A stretch of DNA of 63,382 nucleotides, filler included, from Rhabdomonas costata (GCA_019059605.1; 40 parts of 40 records of this genome joined end to end with filler, not necessarily neighbours in it); one strand, 5' to 3'; numbered from the whole stretch's first letter, positions 50,690-63,163 are shown. Numbers and translations: made by a program. The notes: generated by a model from the letters alone, not told the origin.

Positions 50690-53600
50690 NNNNNNNNNNN
50701 NNNNNNNNNNNNNNNNNNNNNNNNNNNNNNNNNTTAATTAATTAANNNNNNNNNNNNNNNNNNNNNNNNNNNNNNNNNNNNNNNNNNNNGGGTGGTTTGA
50801 ACCTTGTTGGAACCCTTCGGAAGGTCAGATGGACGCAGGAACTTATCCAATATGTGTGAAGCATCGCGTGTGGAACAAACGGAACGGTCGGTTGGTGAAT
50901 AGGGTGATATGAATCCTCGGGCGAGAGAGAAGATGAATGCATAAGTGGGACGAAGCGAAGGTTTTGGCCCGAGGCAAGGAGGAAATGTCGTTGCTCTTCG
51001 AATTGGCCCACTGGGACAAAGTCCTCTCCGTCTGTTGCCCTCAGTCCATTCTCAAACATCTCCTATCATTCGTGGGCAGTGGCCGCGGGTAGACCACACT
51101 CGCTCTGTTGAAAGCTAGATCATTCAAACCACTGTCAAACATGGCATCGGGTCACGGGGGTTTGGTGGGGCCTCGCCCAGGTGGTCGCAACGCGACCGAA
51201 GGATTCCTCGGAAGAATCCTTCTAATCCCCGGACGAGCGGCAAAAGCTCCACGGGGGGTTGGCTTGATTTTCTGATGTGCTGATGGAAATGGAGTTGTCT
51301 GAAAGTTGTGTTAATAAAGTGGAAGGGCACCAGTTTCTCACGTTGTGCTTCTGGTTGGAAGGTTGGTGCTTTGCAAATGTCTCACGGGCTCTGCGGGTTG
51401 CCCCTTCCTGATTTTTTCTGTACTCTTTTTTTTTACTGTGTGCGTTGTTTACGTGTTTGTCGATAGAAACTGCAGGCTAGGCCTGAGTTCCTGTTGTTGT
51501 TGCTCTGATGGCCCTGCTCAGTGCACTGTTCTCAGATTTTTCTTCCTGAAGGAAAGAGCAGGTTTTATTGTTCCCGCAGCTGCTCTCAGTTGCACTCCCA
51601 ACTCCCGCCGAGCCCATCATATGGGATCCTCTTAATAGTTTACGGTGACGGTCTCCACCCAAGCGCCACACACGAGATGTCCCCCTGGGGGTGCTTCCAG
51701 TTGCCAACTAGCATGAATTCCCCATTTTTTGTCGGATAAGCCAAGCTCCGGATGACTGGACAAATGCCGAACTTGCCCTTGTATGTCACCGATGGCGGGT
51801 ACAAACGGGAGCATTCTAACCCCTTCTGCCCCTTCCAGTGCCAGCATGAGTACTCCTGGGCTCCGCCCTTCGTTATTCTCAGCAGTTCCTTAGGAAAGCT
51901 TTGGCAAAGCATGCTGGCAAAGGTGCACATGGGCCCTTCCCAGCAATCGATGTATGGAGGGGTGCTGCCACAAAAGGGGTGTTTCAGCCATCTGTCCCCC
52001 AAATCCAAAGCTGTTGGAAGATCCTCTGAGCGACAAAAGCAGGAAGCAACTTCCCCGCACACATTCTGTCGTACGCACCGGCACTCTGTGTCTTGTGTCT
52101 GCGTAGGGGGTTATTTTTATTCTGTTTCCCCTCTCTTGCAATGTCTTGAGCTGAAGGGCCTTATCTAGTGCCTACCGCCCCCGCCTTCTTTTGCCATCAA
52201 CCGATTGCCACCAGCCGGTCACCAATGCAAAGCGCAGGCATGCGACCGTTTTTTTTTTTGCCATTTTCTTTCCCTCCCNNNNNNNNNNNNNNNNNNNNNN
52301 NNNNNNNNNNNNNNNNNNNNNNTTAATTAATTAANNNNNNNNNNNNNNNNNNNNNNNNNNNNNNNNNNNNNNNNNNNNTGTTGTGGGGCTAAGGCAAGAA
52401 GCCGCATAGGGGGGTGTCACCCGCTCCCCCCTCTCCCCGCTCAACACCTGCACGAGTCTTCTTGGACTTCCAAAGTCATATGACGTCATATTGTTTTCTT
52501 CGAAAACTACTGTTTTCCCGCGCCCGCGCGCACGTCAACACAAAAGCACGGTCACACAGTCACGGTGTAGAACGGTCAGCGTCAATGTGGCCACGGAGAA
52601 TGGTTTCATGCAGGCACTTCACATTTGGGAGAGCGGGAGAATAAACTGGCTGTGATTCATGCGAGACCGGAAAAGAACGAGAAAACATCAGATCACGCTC
52701 CTGATTGGGCACTGGGCCACATCGACAGCTCATCACTTGCCGATTCCTCTCTGTATTGGGCAGCCCCGAAACATCAGCACAGCCACACACACATACACAC
52801 CGCCTGGCTTAGGGTCATCCGCGAGGCTGTCGCAGACTCCTGAGCTGCCACGGAAGGGCGTAGTGCGGTCAGTAGGCCTCTGCCCACGAGGGAGGAAGGA
52901 CTCATCCATGCGTCGGGTCCCGGATTCTCTGGAAAAACGTAAAGCGCACACAGTTCACACCCACAAACACCCACCCGTCGAAGTCACGATGTCGATGTAT
53001 TTGGGTTTGGTTGCTGTTTGACATTTGCCGTTGGTCGGACCATACACTGACCTGTGTCATGGGAGGGGTTTACGACACAAAATGAAGGGACTACCATCCT
53101 ATCCCCTTTCTCTTTGCGTGCCAACTTGCTTGGAAACTCACTCACGCACGCACGCACGCACGCATGCACGCTTGACACAGACAATTTCACAGCACAGGCA
53201 GACACCCGGTCGACCTAATCCTGGGAGCGGCAAGCCAAAGCAAGAAAATTCAATCAAAAAAGCACAAAAGGCGTCGTGCGTAAGACTTCAGAAGAGCAGC
53301 AGCAGCAGCAGCAAGCTAATGATCATGGAATGCTGCGAGATAAAACATGAGATACATGCATAAAAAGACCATCCCTATACCCAATCGGATGATCCGTGGG
53401 AAAGGAGCGTGGGAGGGTTGGTCCAGATATGTACCCTCCAGCGGAGATTCCAACTTGGTGGACATAGGTGCAGTCTCCGCGACGCTTGCAGCCCTCCGGA
53501 GTGTTGTTGTAGTGGCAGAGGAGCCTACAGCGACAAGCAAGCAAACTGGGATCCAACCAAACCTCACAAGAAGCGCACCGCTTGCAGTCGGACGTCCCCC

Positions 53601-55950
53601 ACGTAGTACTTCACAGGAGCCGAATTATTGGGGCACATTCTAATCTCTCATTCATCCTCCCAATAACCTACAAACCTCCCTCACCGCCGTTTCGCAGATC
53701 ATCGAAACGATCTCATCAACATGCGTGCCAAATTACAAAAACAAACACCTTCGCAGAAAACGCGCCAATCGATGTCAGCAGCAGCAATCATCCTCAAAGC
53801 AGTGAAGCTTAATATTTCCGAAAAAGAACCTGATGCACGCACGGATGATCCATGGGGTTCTCGACNNNNNNNNNNNNNNNNNNNNNNNNNNNNNNNNNNN
53901 NNNNNNNNNTTAATTAATTAANNNNNNNNNNNNNNNNNNNNNNNNNNNNNNNNNNNNNNNNNNNNGTACATATCAAAAACTCTTATTTTTAAGGTGGCCC
54001 CGACAATATAAATCTCACAATCGCCCCCTACCGTCTCAGTGGGAACGGTCTTATTATAGTATGTCTGAGGTAAGAGTTCCATGTTGCATTGAGGATTTTC
54101 TTTCCCCTTTTCGGTGCTTTGCTGTGGTCAGGTCCTCACGGCCGCCAACCTCACAGTCTGGGCTTCTGGCGGAGTCCTTGCGGAGCCTTCCCGGGCGCGT
54201 GCCCCGGAAAAAGCCCCGCTTCTTTCAGGCCACCTTGGCCTCTCTGCTGTAAAATGGGAGCTGGGAGTGGGGTTTCTAACAGTGCCACGGGAGGCGGTGA
54301 CGGGGAAGGGGAAATATTAACCCCCCACTTCCTTGTCACCGTTTCTCGTCTCTTGTGTCGTGCTCGTTTTTTCTCCGAAATATTTGGCGAACCAAGGTAC
54401 GAGGTGCTAGGTGGTGTGGTGCACCTAGTGGTTGCCGATGTTGCTGTGGTTTATGTACGTCTTTGGACCCGTTCTTACATGCCCCCACTCGCTTTGTTTT
54501 TTCGGGGGCTACTCACTCAGTGCTGCGGTTGGTGGTCCATGCCGCTGTGCTTCTGTAGTTCATTGCACACGTGGTTTTGCGTCAAGTCTGGGAATGGGTT
54601 TGAGGGAATCATGCTGTCACACGTTGATCATCACCTCTGCCTTTCCCCGATACTTGGGCGCCAGACAACCCATTCTCCAACTTTTTCTAATTTTTTCTAA
54701 GGGCAGATGGTATGCACCGATTGTCGGTCTCGGTGTTGGAGTGAGGAAGTTGTGGGTGTCTCTCTGTGAAATTTTCCTTTTACCACGTTAATGTCAGGCA
54801 ATTTTTTTAAGAGAGCTGGTAAGAGCTCCATTCATTTTGTGTCTGTGATAACTTGAAACAGGCGATACGATCGCATCAACCTTTTGAACCCCTTTAGCCG
54901 AAGCTCCTTTGCTTTTTTCCCCAGTGCATGCCCCATCCAGCCTGTACTCGACGAGCCGTGAGGCTTGCGGTGGCCATCCTCCTGCCAGTATTCATGGAAA
55001 ATCGCCATACCTTTGGGCTGTCGGGGTATGGGGCGGATAAGCCAAGCCTCTTTTGGCCTCACCGATGTGTGCGGTGGTGGCTGGTTCTCATCTTCCAACG
55101 GGCGGGGAAAGGGGTCCACGTAAATCAATGACTCGATTCCTTGACGCCCCAGCTTCTTGGATTTTCTTCATCTCCACTCTTTCCTTTTTCCCTGATCGCC
55201 CAGCAGGCTACCTCCCTCTCTATTCCCCACACCGTATTGTGCCTATACTGTGCTTCGACGGGTTTGGGGTCCATACCTTCGACGGCGTTGGGGCATCTCT
55301 GTGCAACCCTCCTCCTCTCCTATTCCCCGACGCTTTGATCCTTCCTCCTGTGCACCCCACTTTCGAACCCATATATCGCGCACTCACACACACACCACTC
55401 CGGAATGTCTACCTCGGAGCGCAGGGCGGACCTCGGCGAGAACACCCCCACANNNNNNNNNNNNNNNNNNNNNNNNNNNNNNNNNNNNNNNNNNNNTTAA
55501 TTAATTAANNNNNNNNNNNNNNNNNNNNNNNNNNNNNNNNNNNNNNNNNNNNGTGGTGTGCACAGCACACCACAGCACGGCACAGCAGAGGTGGAGGTGG
55601 AGGGCAGCCCTCCGCTCATGCCTGTGCTGTGCACACCACTAAATACCAAATGCCGGGGAGCCAACCGTGAGGCATGCCCAGCACACGTGCAAAAGCAGTT
55701 TTGCAAAAGCTCACTTGGAGAAGCCCGTTGCAGGGGTCCTCCTCACACACACACACTCTCTCTCCAAAAGGTTCGGTGCATTCGTATGGGAAGAAAGAGG
55801 TAAGGTCAGAAAAAGAACCCCCACCTGAACTTCCGACTGTTCTCTGGAGAAAAAAAACAGGCAAGACAAACATTTCATGGGCAGAGGGCAGACAATTTCT
55901 GCTTCGAACACGGACAGAAAAATCACGAAGGATAGCCACACATAAATACA

Positions 55951-57038
55951 CCAGAGCTTAGCATCAGCGGCGAGGGTAGACAGGAGTTTGCCCAGGAAAT
56001 CCCTCAGGTACGCCTCAGCAGTGGGCTCGGAACCGCATGGCGAAGCGCTGAATTCACAGCGAACGCACGGAAACGTATCGAAGAACAGAAACAGCAATGC
56101 GGTTACTGAAACGGCACCGTGAAGCGTAGCTGCTCATATACACCGTAAAAATTACCCGCACAAACGAGGTGCCGTACCTACGATGGTTCAAACCTACCAC
56201 GACCTACCACGACTCGGGACCTTTTTTTACAATAAGCGCGTTGACTTCAGCACAAAGGGAAAGTTGGGTGAACCTTGGGTGAGAAACGATTCATCAAAGA
56301 CAGGTAATGCTCATGTGGATATGCCAGGAGCAGACGTCAGCGTTAGGTTAGCCTCACCAATGCGAGGGAGGAGAGGGTGGTAACAGCCTTAAGGGGACGT
56401 TTTCACTGAGCTACTCAACCTCTATATTGCGAGGTGCCCGATGCGCTCCCGGCGACAAGAGTACTGACCTCGAATTGGGTTAGAAAGCGAATTACTTGCC
56501 GCCTTGAACGCCATGATGGAAGGCACATTGCGATTGGAGTCAAATTGCGATGCACTTACCTCCTCAAACGAGTCCGGATTTTCGAAAGAGCTTAAAACGC
56601 TCATCATACCTCCAGTTCCAGTTTGCAAGGATCCGATGGCGGTGCCCTCAAGCCACGGCTACCCGCTTGACCCGGACATGCTTCTGGCGGTGCGGCTGAG
56701 CGCGAGCCCCGTGTAGTGCCCCACGGGCATCGCGGGGCGTATCGTTCCGCCCAACCAACGCAGTGCCAGCAGCAGCGTGGTCACCGTGACCTGCACCTCC
56801 ATTTCCGGGCTGCTGCCACTGCTGCACCGCGAGGGCTGCTGGCGGGGCGGAGGCATGAGGTTGAACTGCGAGGAGGACGCCGCCGAGGAGACATTACTGA
56901 GGCCCCGCGTGGGGTTCGCGGAGAGGGCAAGGCCGGAGGTGCCGTGGGTCATGGAGCGGGAGCCCGTCGGGGGGCTTAGCGGGGAGCCCCCTGGCGAGAC
57001 TTCTGTGATGGAATACGGGAAATAGTCTCACCCCCACA
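55951..57038 (-). CDS. Unknown Ser-rich protein, partial; tentative exons 57038-56791, 56658-56465, 56047-55951
   Basis: A phase-consistent GT-AG model is possible; low complexity and no recognisable family. Confidence 0.35.
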
Positions 57039-57138
57039 NNNNNNNNNNNNNNNNNNNNNNNNNNNNNNNNNNNNNNNNNNNNTTAATTAATTAANNNNNN
57101 NNNNNNNNNNNNNNNNNNNNNNNNNNNNNNNNNNNNNN

Positions 57139-58610
57139 TAACCTTTGCCCACTGCTGGCGAAGCAAGACTATCTCGTCGTCTCTATCCTTCAGGGTTGAG
57201 GCCAGCTCCACTGCATAGGCTTCAGCCTGAAAAAGCTTCTTCTTCAGAATGCCCAACTCCTGCTCCATCCGCCAACTTTCAGACATGGTTGTAGCGAAAG
57301 GGGCGTGCTTGTCATCGCCCGGCACTGAGGAATCGCATCTCGCAGACGCTGGCTTTTCCTCTTCGGTTGCAATCGAGGACGGATGCGTATTTTCAGAGAT
57401 TTGGCAGCGTGAGAAAGGCGATAAACCGGGAACATCATCCCGGAGCCGTAAACTCCGCAATTGCGTGCCACTGGCAGCGGAGGACGCATTGCTAGGGGTG
57501 GCGCTGTCACTGGTTTTTGAGGCGTAAGCTCTGTTCGGCGTATCGTCAGAGGAGCTTCCATGCCCGAAGCTCAAGCAAGGCGGGTCTGCATGCCCGATTC
57601 CGCAGCTCTGCAGCTCTTTTTTGAGAAATTGAAACACGCTAAACCCTTCTTCTGTTTGAGTGCACGCTTCGGCACGACTAAGAATGCTGATGGGCTGGAC
57701 AAAACGCGCCGATACAGAGGCAGGGACTGAGCCCAAAGGAGACTTTTCAGCTTTCCTGCATAAGCTACTGACAGCTTCCGTGATGGCACTGACATCCAAT
57801 CCTGACGGTTCCTCAGACCCTGGACCTTGCCAGACTTCAACGGACCCATCGCTTGCAATTGGTAACCGCTCAACAAAATCTTTCACTGCCGCCACAACTT
57901 CATCACATGCGGTCTGAAGCGATGGACTGGGGAAATCCCCAGGATAGACGCAGGCAGGGTCGCCACCGGCTACAGGCTGTTGTCCCTCAGTTTCAAGGGA
58001 AACTGAAGTCACAGTATTCAGGAGACCCTGAAGTTTGAGTGCACTGGAACGAACACCAGCCAAAAAGTCCAAGGGGAGACAAGACAGAGACGAATACTCA
58101 GAAGATGGGAGATTTAGCCGAACATCGTTTGGCTCATCGCTCCCAACGCTCGGAAGTCGCTCTACAAAGTCTCGCACTGCGGCCACAACCTCATCCCGAA
58201 CCGCCTGAAGGGTCTGCGTGGATGAGTTCTGGCACGCTTGCTCTCGATCTCCCACGTCCGTCGTGGTACTCACAGAGGCTTCGGTGGCTCGTGCTTCCGA
58301 GGGAGGAGCTGCTACACTCTCGCGAAGCAAGCTTTGCAGCTTCATCGCACTCGTTCGAAGCTCCCCAAGACAAACGGCCGAGAAGGGGCGTCGGACTAAA
58401 CGCAACGCCGATTCCACGACAACTTTGCCTTCCGGGAGGTCCGATGGCAGCTGCGCCAGCTGGGCTCTCAGACGTGCATTTTCCTGCTGCAGGGTAACCA
58501 GTGCAGCATTCGGCTCCGTTTCTTGGCTACAACGCCCTGCAGGTAACTCCGAAGTTGCTTTCACACACGCACTGGCCTTGCCTTGTCGAGGGCTATCCGC
58601 TGCGATGGCG
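57139..58610 (-). CDS. Long uninterrupted exon of an unknown coiled-coil protein with two ~100-aa internal repeats
   Basis: More than 470 open codons; LRTSAMKLQSLL...QAVRDEVVAAVRDFVERLP recurs as VRSSALKLQGLL...QTACDEVVAAVKDFVERLP. Confidence 0.7.
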
Positions 58611-59213
58611 GCCTAACCCAAAAANNNNNNNNNNNNNNNNNNNNNNNNNNNNNNNNNNNNNNNNNNNNTTAATTAATTAANNNNNNNNNNNNNNNNNNNN
58701 NNNNNNNNNNNNNNNNNNNNNNNNTGTTTGTTGTTTGTCCCATGCCTTAAGTCTGAATTTCGATTGCGATGTGGGCCCAAAGCTGTGCCAAGCAGCGATA
58801 ACTTGAGCTTGGGTGGAGTTCTTGATCTTTACCTCTATGAGCCCCGTTGTAAACGCCGCATCGACCGTGTATGCAACTGTTTGGAAGCCGACCAACGCTT
58901 TTCTCTTTTCCATTTTGTTTTTGGTTCTCTCTATCTCTTTACTTCTTCCTTTTCAGTTTCAGAATCATTATAAATAATAAATAATTGCTATCCCAAAACG
59001 TAAGAAAAACGGAAAAAACGTGAAGAGATTTCTTTTAAAAAAACGTGTAACAAATATGTGAACATGTGAGCATTTTTTCTGAAAAATGATTTTAAAAACT
59101 TTCAACACTGGAGAAAACAATCAATAGAGAAGCAAAAGAAGAATATTAACTGTGAAAATGGGGACAACGCCAATGTGGTTGATTGACCGATGGAGAGGGG
59201 GGGGACTGCTCAG

Positions 59214-59934
59214 GCTGTGGGCGCTATGGGGTTCCTCCTCCTTTGAGGAGGCCCTGTTCCGCACGGTGAATCTCCTGGGGGCCGCTGACAGTACAGGGGC
59301 GATTGCCTGCCAAATGGCGGGCTCGTTGTTCGGCTACTCCCAAATTCCTGCAGGCAAGCCTGTCCCTGTTGGGCGCGAGGGACAGCCGCAGATGACCCAT
59401 GGCCTCTGCTGGCTCAAACATCTGGAGGTGCAAAGATTGCTTCAATGCGAAGTTAGGGTTTCAAAATTGCAATTGTGATGTCGTTCATGCTGAGGTTGGT
59501 ATGGAGCTGACACATCCGATGATGATGGCAGGCTGTGCCCTTGCCCGTAGTGGGTTATTTCTAGTGTGTCATACCGTATTCTGTATGCCTTATATACCCT
59601 ACCTTATATGCGTAGGTGCTACTGTCAGGAGGCGTGAATGCATATTAACCAGGTTGATGTGCCGCTGTTGTGGGTTGTGGGATGAATGGGGAATCCATCG
59701 GGTGAAGAGAGACCCACGCTGCAGCTCTGAATCCCGGTGGCGTCAGGTGTGTAAAACGTTTTTGTGTTATTTTTTACTTCTTTTACTAATGAGGTGTGAT
59801 CGAGCGTGTTCTCTGTGGTACAGCAATGGGACCCGTTCCTGGAAATTCCCCTGCGCGCGGTGCTGCTGTTCTCCCTTCAGCCCGTCAGCCATGTGCACCA
59901 CAGTGCACATAGTCAAGCCTCCGCCCCGAAATAG
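59214..59934 (+). CDS. ADP-ribosylglycohydrolase (ARH/DraG family), C-terminal part; exons 59214-59427 (possibly split by a 54-nt intron) and 59824-59934
   Basis: LWALW..SSFEEALFRTVNLLGAADSTGAIACQMAGSLFGYSQIP...WLKHLE|QWDPFLEIPLRAVLL; stop at 59934. Confidence 0.88.
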
Positions 59935-60001
59935 CGTCTCTCGCATGAGGTAAGGGAGGTGTACCAACCCACCCCGGGCTCCCGAGGACTTTGTCTCGGA
60001 C

Positions 60002-60115
60002 GGGACTTCCTTGACGACTTTTGTAGAGTCAATCGTTGTTTTGTTTTTCTGAAATGTTGGGACTTCTTTGACGACTTTTGTTGAGTCAATCGCTGTTCTG
60101 TTTTTCTGAAATGTT
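60002..60115. repeat. 57-bp tandem duplication (two copies, 4 mismatches)
   Basis: GGGACTTCyTTGACGACTTTTGTwGAGTCAATCGyTGTTyTGTTTTTCTGAAATGTT twice. Confidence 0.95.
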
Positions 60116-60325
60116 ATTCTGAATCCGTACTTAAACGGAGCCACGGTTTGTTAGTTGTAAATTATGCACTAGCTCAATCGCGACTTCTCCAGCGGTGCAT
60201 TCTGCTTTTGTNNNNNNNNNNNNNNNNNNNNNNNNNNNNNNNNNNNNNNNNNNNNTTAATTAATTAANNNNNNNNNNNNNNNNNNNNNNNNNNNNNNNNN
60301 NNNNNNNNNNNTTTTTTGTGGCCTT

Positions 60326-61240
60326 TTGTTGAACCGAAAAACATCATCCAACGACGGTTCATCTGTGGTTGTGCACCAGGAATGGCAGGGTTGCTCAAGC
60401 GGGGTTGGTCAGGAGTCAGAAGCGAAAAACCCCAGCCTTCGCATTATTTTTTTCAGACAACTTCCAGCGCTTCCGGTCCGTCTTCCTTCTGGCGTGGATC
60501 TCAATCAATCTGCTGTTTGTCGGGGTCGTTCTGCAATTGACCTCTTCGTACAAAGGCTTCGCTAATGTCTTCCTGCGGTATGTGTTGGGAAGAGGACAAG
60601 AAGTGTTTTTGCAGTAATGAGCGTACCAATGCCTCGTCTCTCTCTCTTCCAACGGAGCCTATTCACGATGTTTTGTCCTGATGTGCTTTTGGGATGGCGA
60701 TGGCGAGGGATGTGCTTTTGTATGGCGCGAAAGAAAGGAAAATTCTCTTGCCCGCCTCCGGAAGATCTCTCCGATTTCTGTCGTCCGCGAAGCTGCACTG
60801 AAGAAATGGGCTCTTGAAACCGGCTAATTGTGTCTGACCGACTGGACCGCGTGGGGATTAGAATATATTTTCCCTTGAATGAAAGGCGCTTTCGTGGATT
60901 CGATGTGTTTGCCCGAAGTTCTGGGTACCTCCCACCACCTCCCCACACGCTATAAGACCTAATGTGAATATGCCGGTTTCCGTGGGGGCGGGAGGCTGTT
61001 CCAGCATTGACCTGCTACAGAAGTTGATGCTGCTAGAGATTCCTGCAGAAGGCTATGGTCATGCCTCGCTAATGCTAAATGATAAGGATGCTGCCGTGTG
61101 ATAGGCAGTGACGGTCGCTATGCTGGCTTCCCTGCTCTGGTATGCTTGGTCGTCTCTCGCGGTTTGACGCGGTTGTGATGTCTGCGGATCACAGGATTCT
61201 CTTCTACTTGGCCGGAGGGATCAACCTCTTCCGCACGCTT
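60326..61240 (+). CDS. Chitin synthase-like C-terminal transmembrane region, partial; exons ~60326-60389, 60457-60577, 61195-~61232
   Basis: QEWQ|DNFQRFRSVFLLAWISINLLFVGVVL...FANVFLR|ILFYLAGGINLFR parallels the CHS C-terminal consensus DxYxxFRtxlvlxWxxsN...fllwxvaxlsxxR; phases are consistent. Confidence 0.6.
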
Positions 61241-62245
61241 TGCCTGCTACAGCTTCGTGCAAGTCAGATGTGCTGTTTTGGGACAGTGAATAACCGGTAC
61301 GCCTCTTCACGCTGCACCTCCTCACCCCGTTTGTAAATATGATGCGTTTTGTCTTTTTGAAAAAGTCAACAGTGTTCGGCGAAGGTACCTTTACACCATG
61401 CAAGTCCTCTTAACCCGCTATGCAGCCCCGGCTCAGCTGATGGGACAACTTTTCTCAGCCCTCCACACCGGCATGCACGAATGCAGGAAAGTGAACCATC
61501 CCCCCACCCCCCGCTCATGCTTGGTGCTCGTTATGTGACCCCCTCGCGATTAGAAACTTCTTGAAAATGGCCTGTGCGTTTGAGCTACACGCGGAATCAG
61601 TAGGCGCTTTTTATGTCGTCTGCTTGCTCTCATCCTACGAATCACCTGAGCCAGAAAAAGCAAACACTTTGAGGTTTTCACAGCGTAAAAAGTGCCCCGG
61701 GAGATCTCTGTCCGTTCTGGAACGGGAGCCCCGTTGCAAGCCAAGACGTCAGACGTATCCTGAAAACTTTCGCTATCCTTCTCCGTCACCACCCCCNNNN
61801 NNNNNNNNNNNNNNNNNNNNNNNNNNNNNNNNNNNNNNNNTTAATTAATTAANNNNNNNNNNNNNNNNNNNNNNNNNNNNNNNNNNNNNNNNNNNNGTGT
61901 GGTTGTTGATGTGTAGTCTTTGTCATGGAATGTGAATTGAGGGGACCGGGGGGGCATTGGGCAGGGTGGAATGCACCGAAGCTGTGCTCCAAACCTGACC
62001 TCACCGACCTTTCCCTCCACGGCTGAATCCCCTGCGCCACCCTACGCGGGTGTGTTACTTTCCTTTTTTTCCTGCGGTGGCATTATCCCGCATCCAGCCC
62101 ACCTAAAAGTCTATTTGTTCTGAGGGGACCTATCATAGCAGCGCAGTGTGCATCATGTTTTTTTATTTTGCCGCTAAAATGCGCAACCTCACTTGACGCA
62201 TGTTGATCCCCACCATACTCCCTAGAGAAACCCTCCAGATCTCAC

Positions 62246-63163
62246 TCACAGTGATTTCGACCAAGTCGTACGAACCAAACTTTTAAGTGTTGCTGTCCTG
62301 CCTTCGTTCCGCTTCCCCACAGGACAGCAGTCACTGAACTCTTCGGAGAAGCTGATGTCGCAGTCCCGCGTGTACTGGAACAAGGCCGAGTTCAACTTGG
62401 TGAGGTATTGAACGTGCGCGTTGTGAGTGAAAGCAAACAGAGAAACCGGAAACAAGAAACTGGGAACAAGAAAAAGGAGCCAGGAATCTGTGTGGGAGGG
62501 GGGCGGTGCCGTTGCGCGCAGTGCTGTAATTTTGACATCGGACGAGTAAGGAAGTGCTGCAGAGGGAGCCTAGTGTTAAGTAGTATATAAGGGGGGAAAG
62601 TGTGTGTCGGGCACCACCACGACTGCCCCTCTCCACGGGAACACTGCACAGGTTCCTGGGGAGTTGCCCCGCCTTCTGACCATGTACAGACCTTCTATTC
62701 AATGCCATGCAATGTTTTGCGAATTCGCCATTCACCGTTTCGGTGTTGGTGGTGGTCGGGGAAGTGGTGCCCCGTGCCCTGCCCACGCGTCGTTGCACAG
62801 AGCCGAAAAAGGAACAATTAATGCCCGTACGCTCGCGTGTGCGTGTGGGTGGGTGAGGCCCGCTGTGCCCGTGCCCCATCGAGGGTGGGGAGCCCAGGGG
62901 GAAACAGAAACGCGAGTCTTCCCCGGAAAAAAATCGCCTTGGCCAAGTGCACACAATATGTGTGTGGCCGGTGTGTCCCATGTTACTGATGTGATGTTTT
63001 TCATCGCATTGCCCTTTCTGGACGACCGGGGAGCGGGGGGACACATCCAATAAGTTGTGTAGAAGACTGCACCGCAACAAATGCATGGGAAGACTCGAGA
63101 CGCTCAGCTTTGGATTTGTAAAAATAAACTCAGCTTTTGCAATGGATTTCACCCTGACTGCTG
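62246..63163 (-). CDS. Unknown protein, partial; tentative exons ~63163-63072 and 62459-~62246
   Basis: Phase-2 GT-AG join HLLR|FLFPVSLFAFTHNAHVQYLTKLNSALFQYTRDC. Confidence 0.4.

Noticed and set aside
50790-52062. Possible non-LTR retrotransposon C-terminus (EEQRHFLL zinc-knuckle-like)
   Set aside because: Only one weak motif, and the expected cysteines are missing.
56659-56661. In-frame TAG between two minus-strand ORFs suggesting readthrough or recoding
   Set aside because: More simply explained as the 3' AG of a 132-nt phase-0 intron (CAG|GTCACG...GGGTAG|). TAG is also used as a normal stop at 59932-59934.
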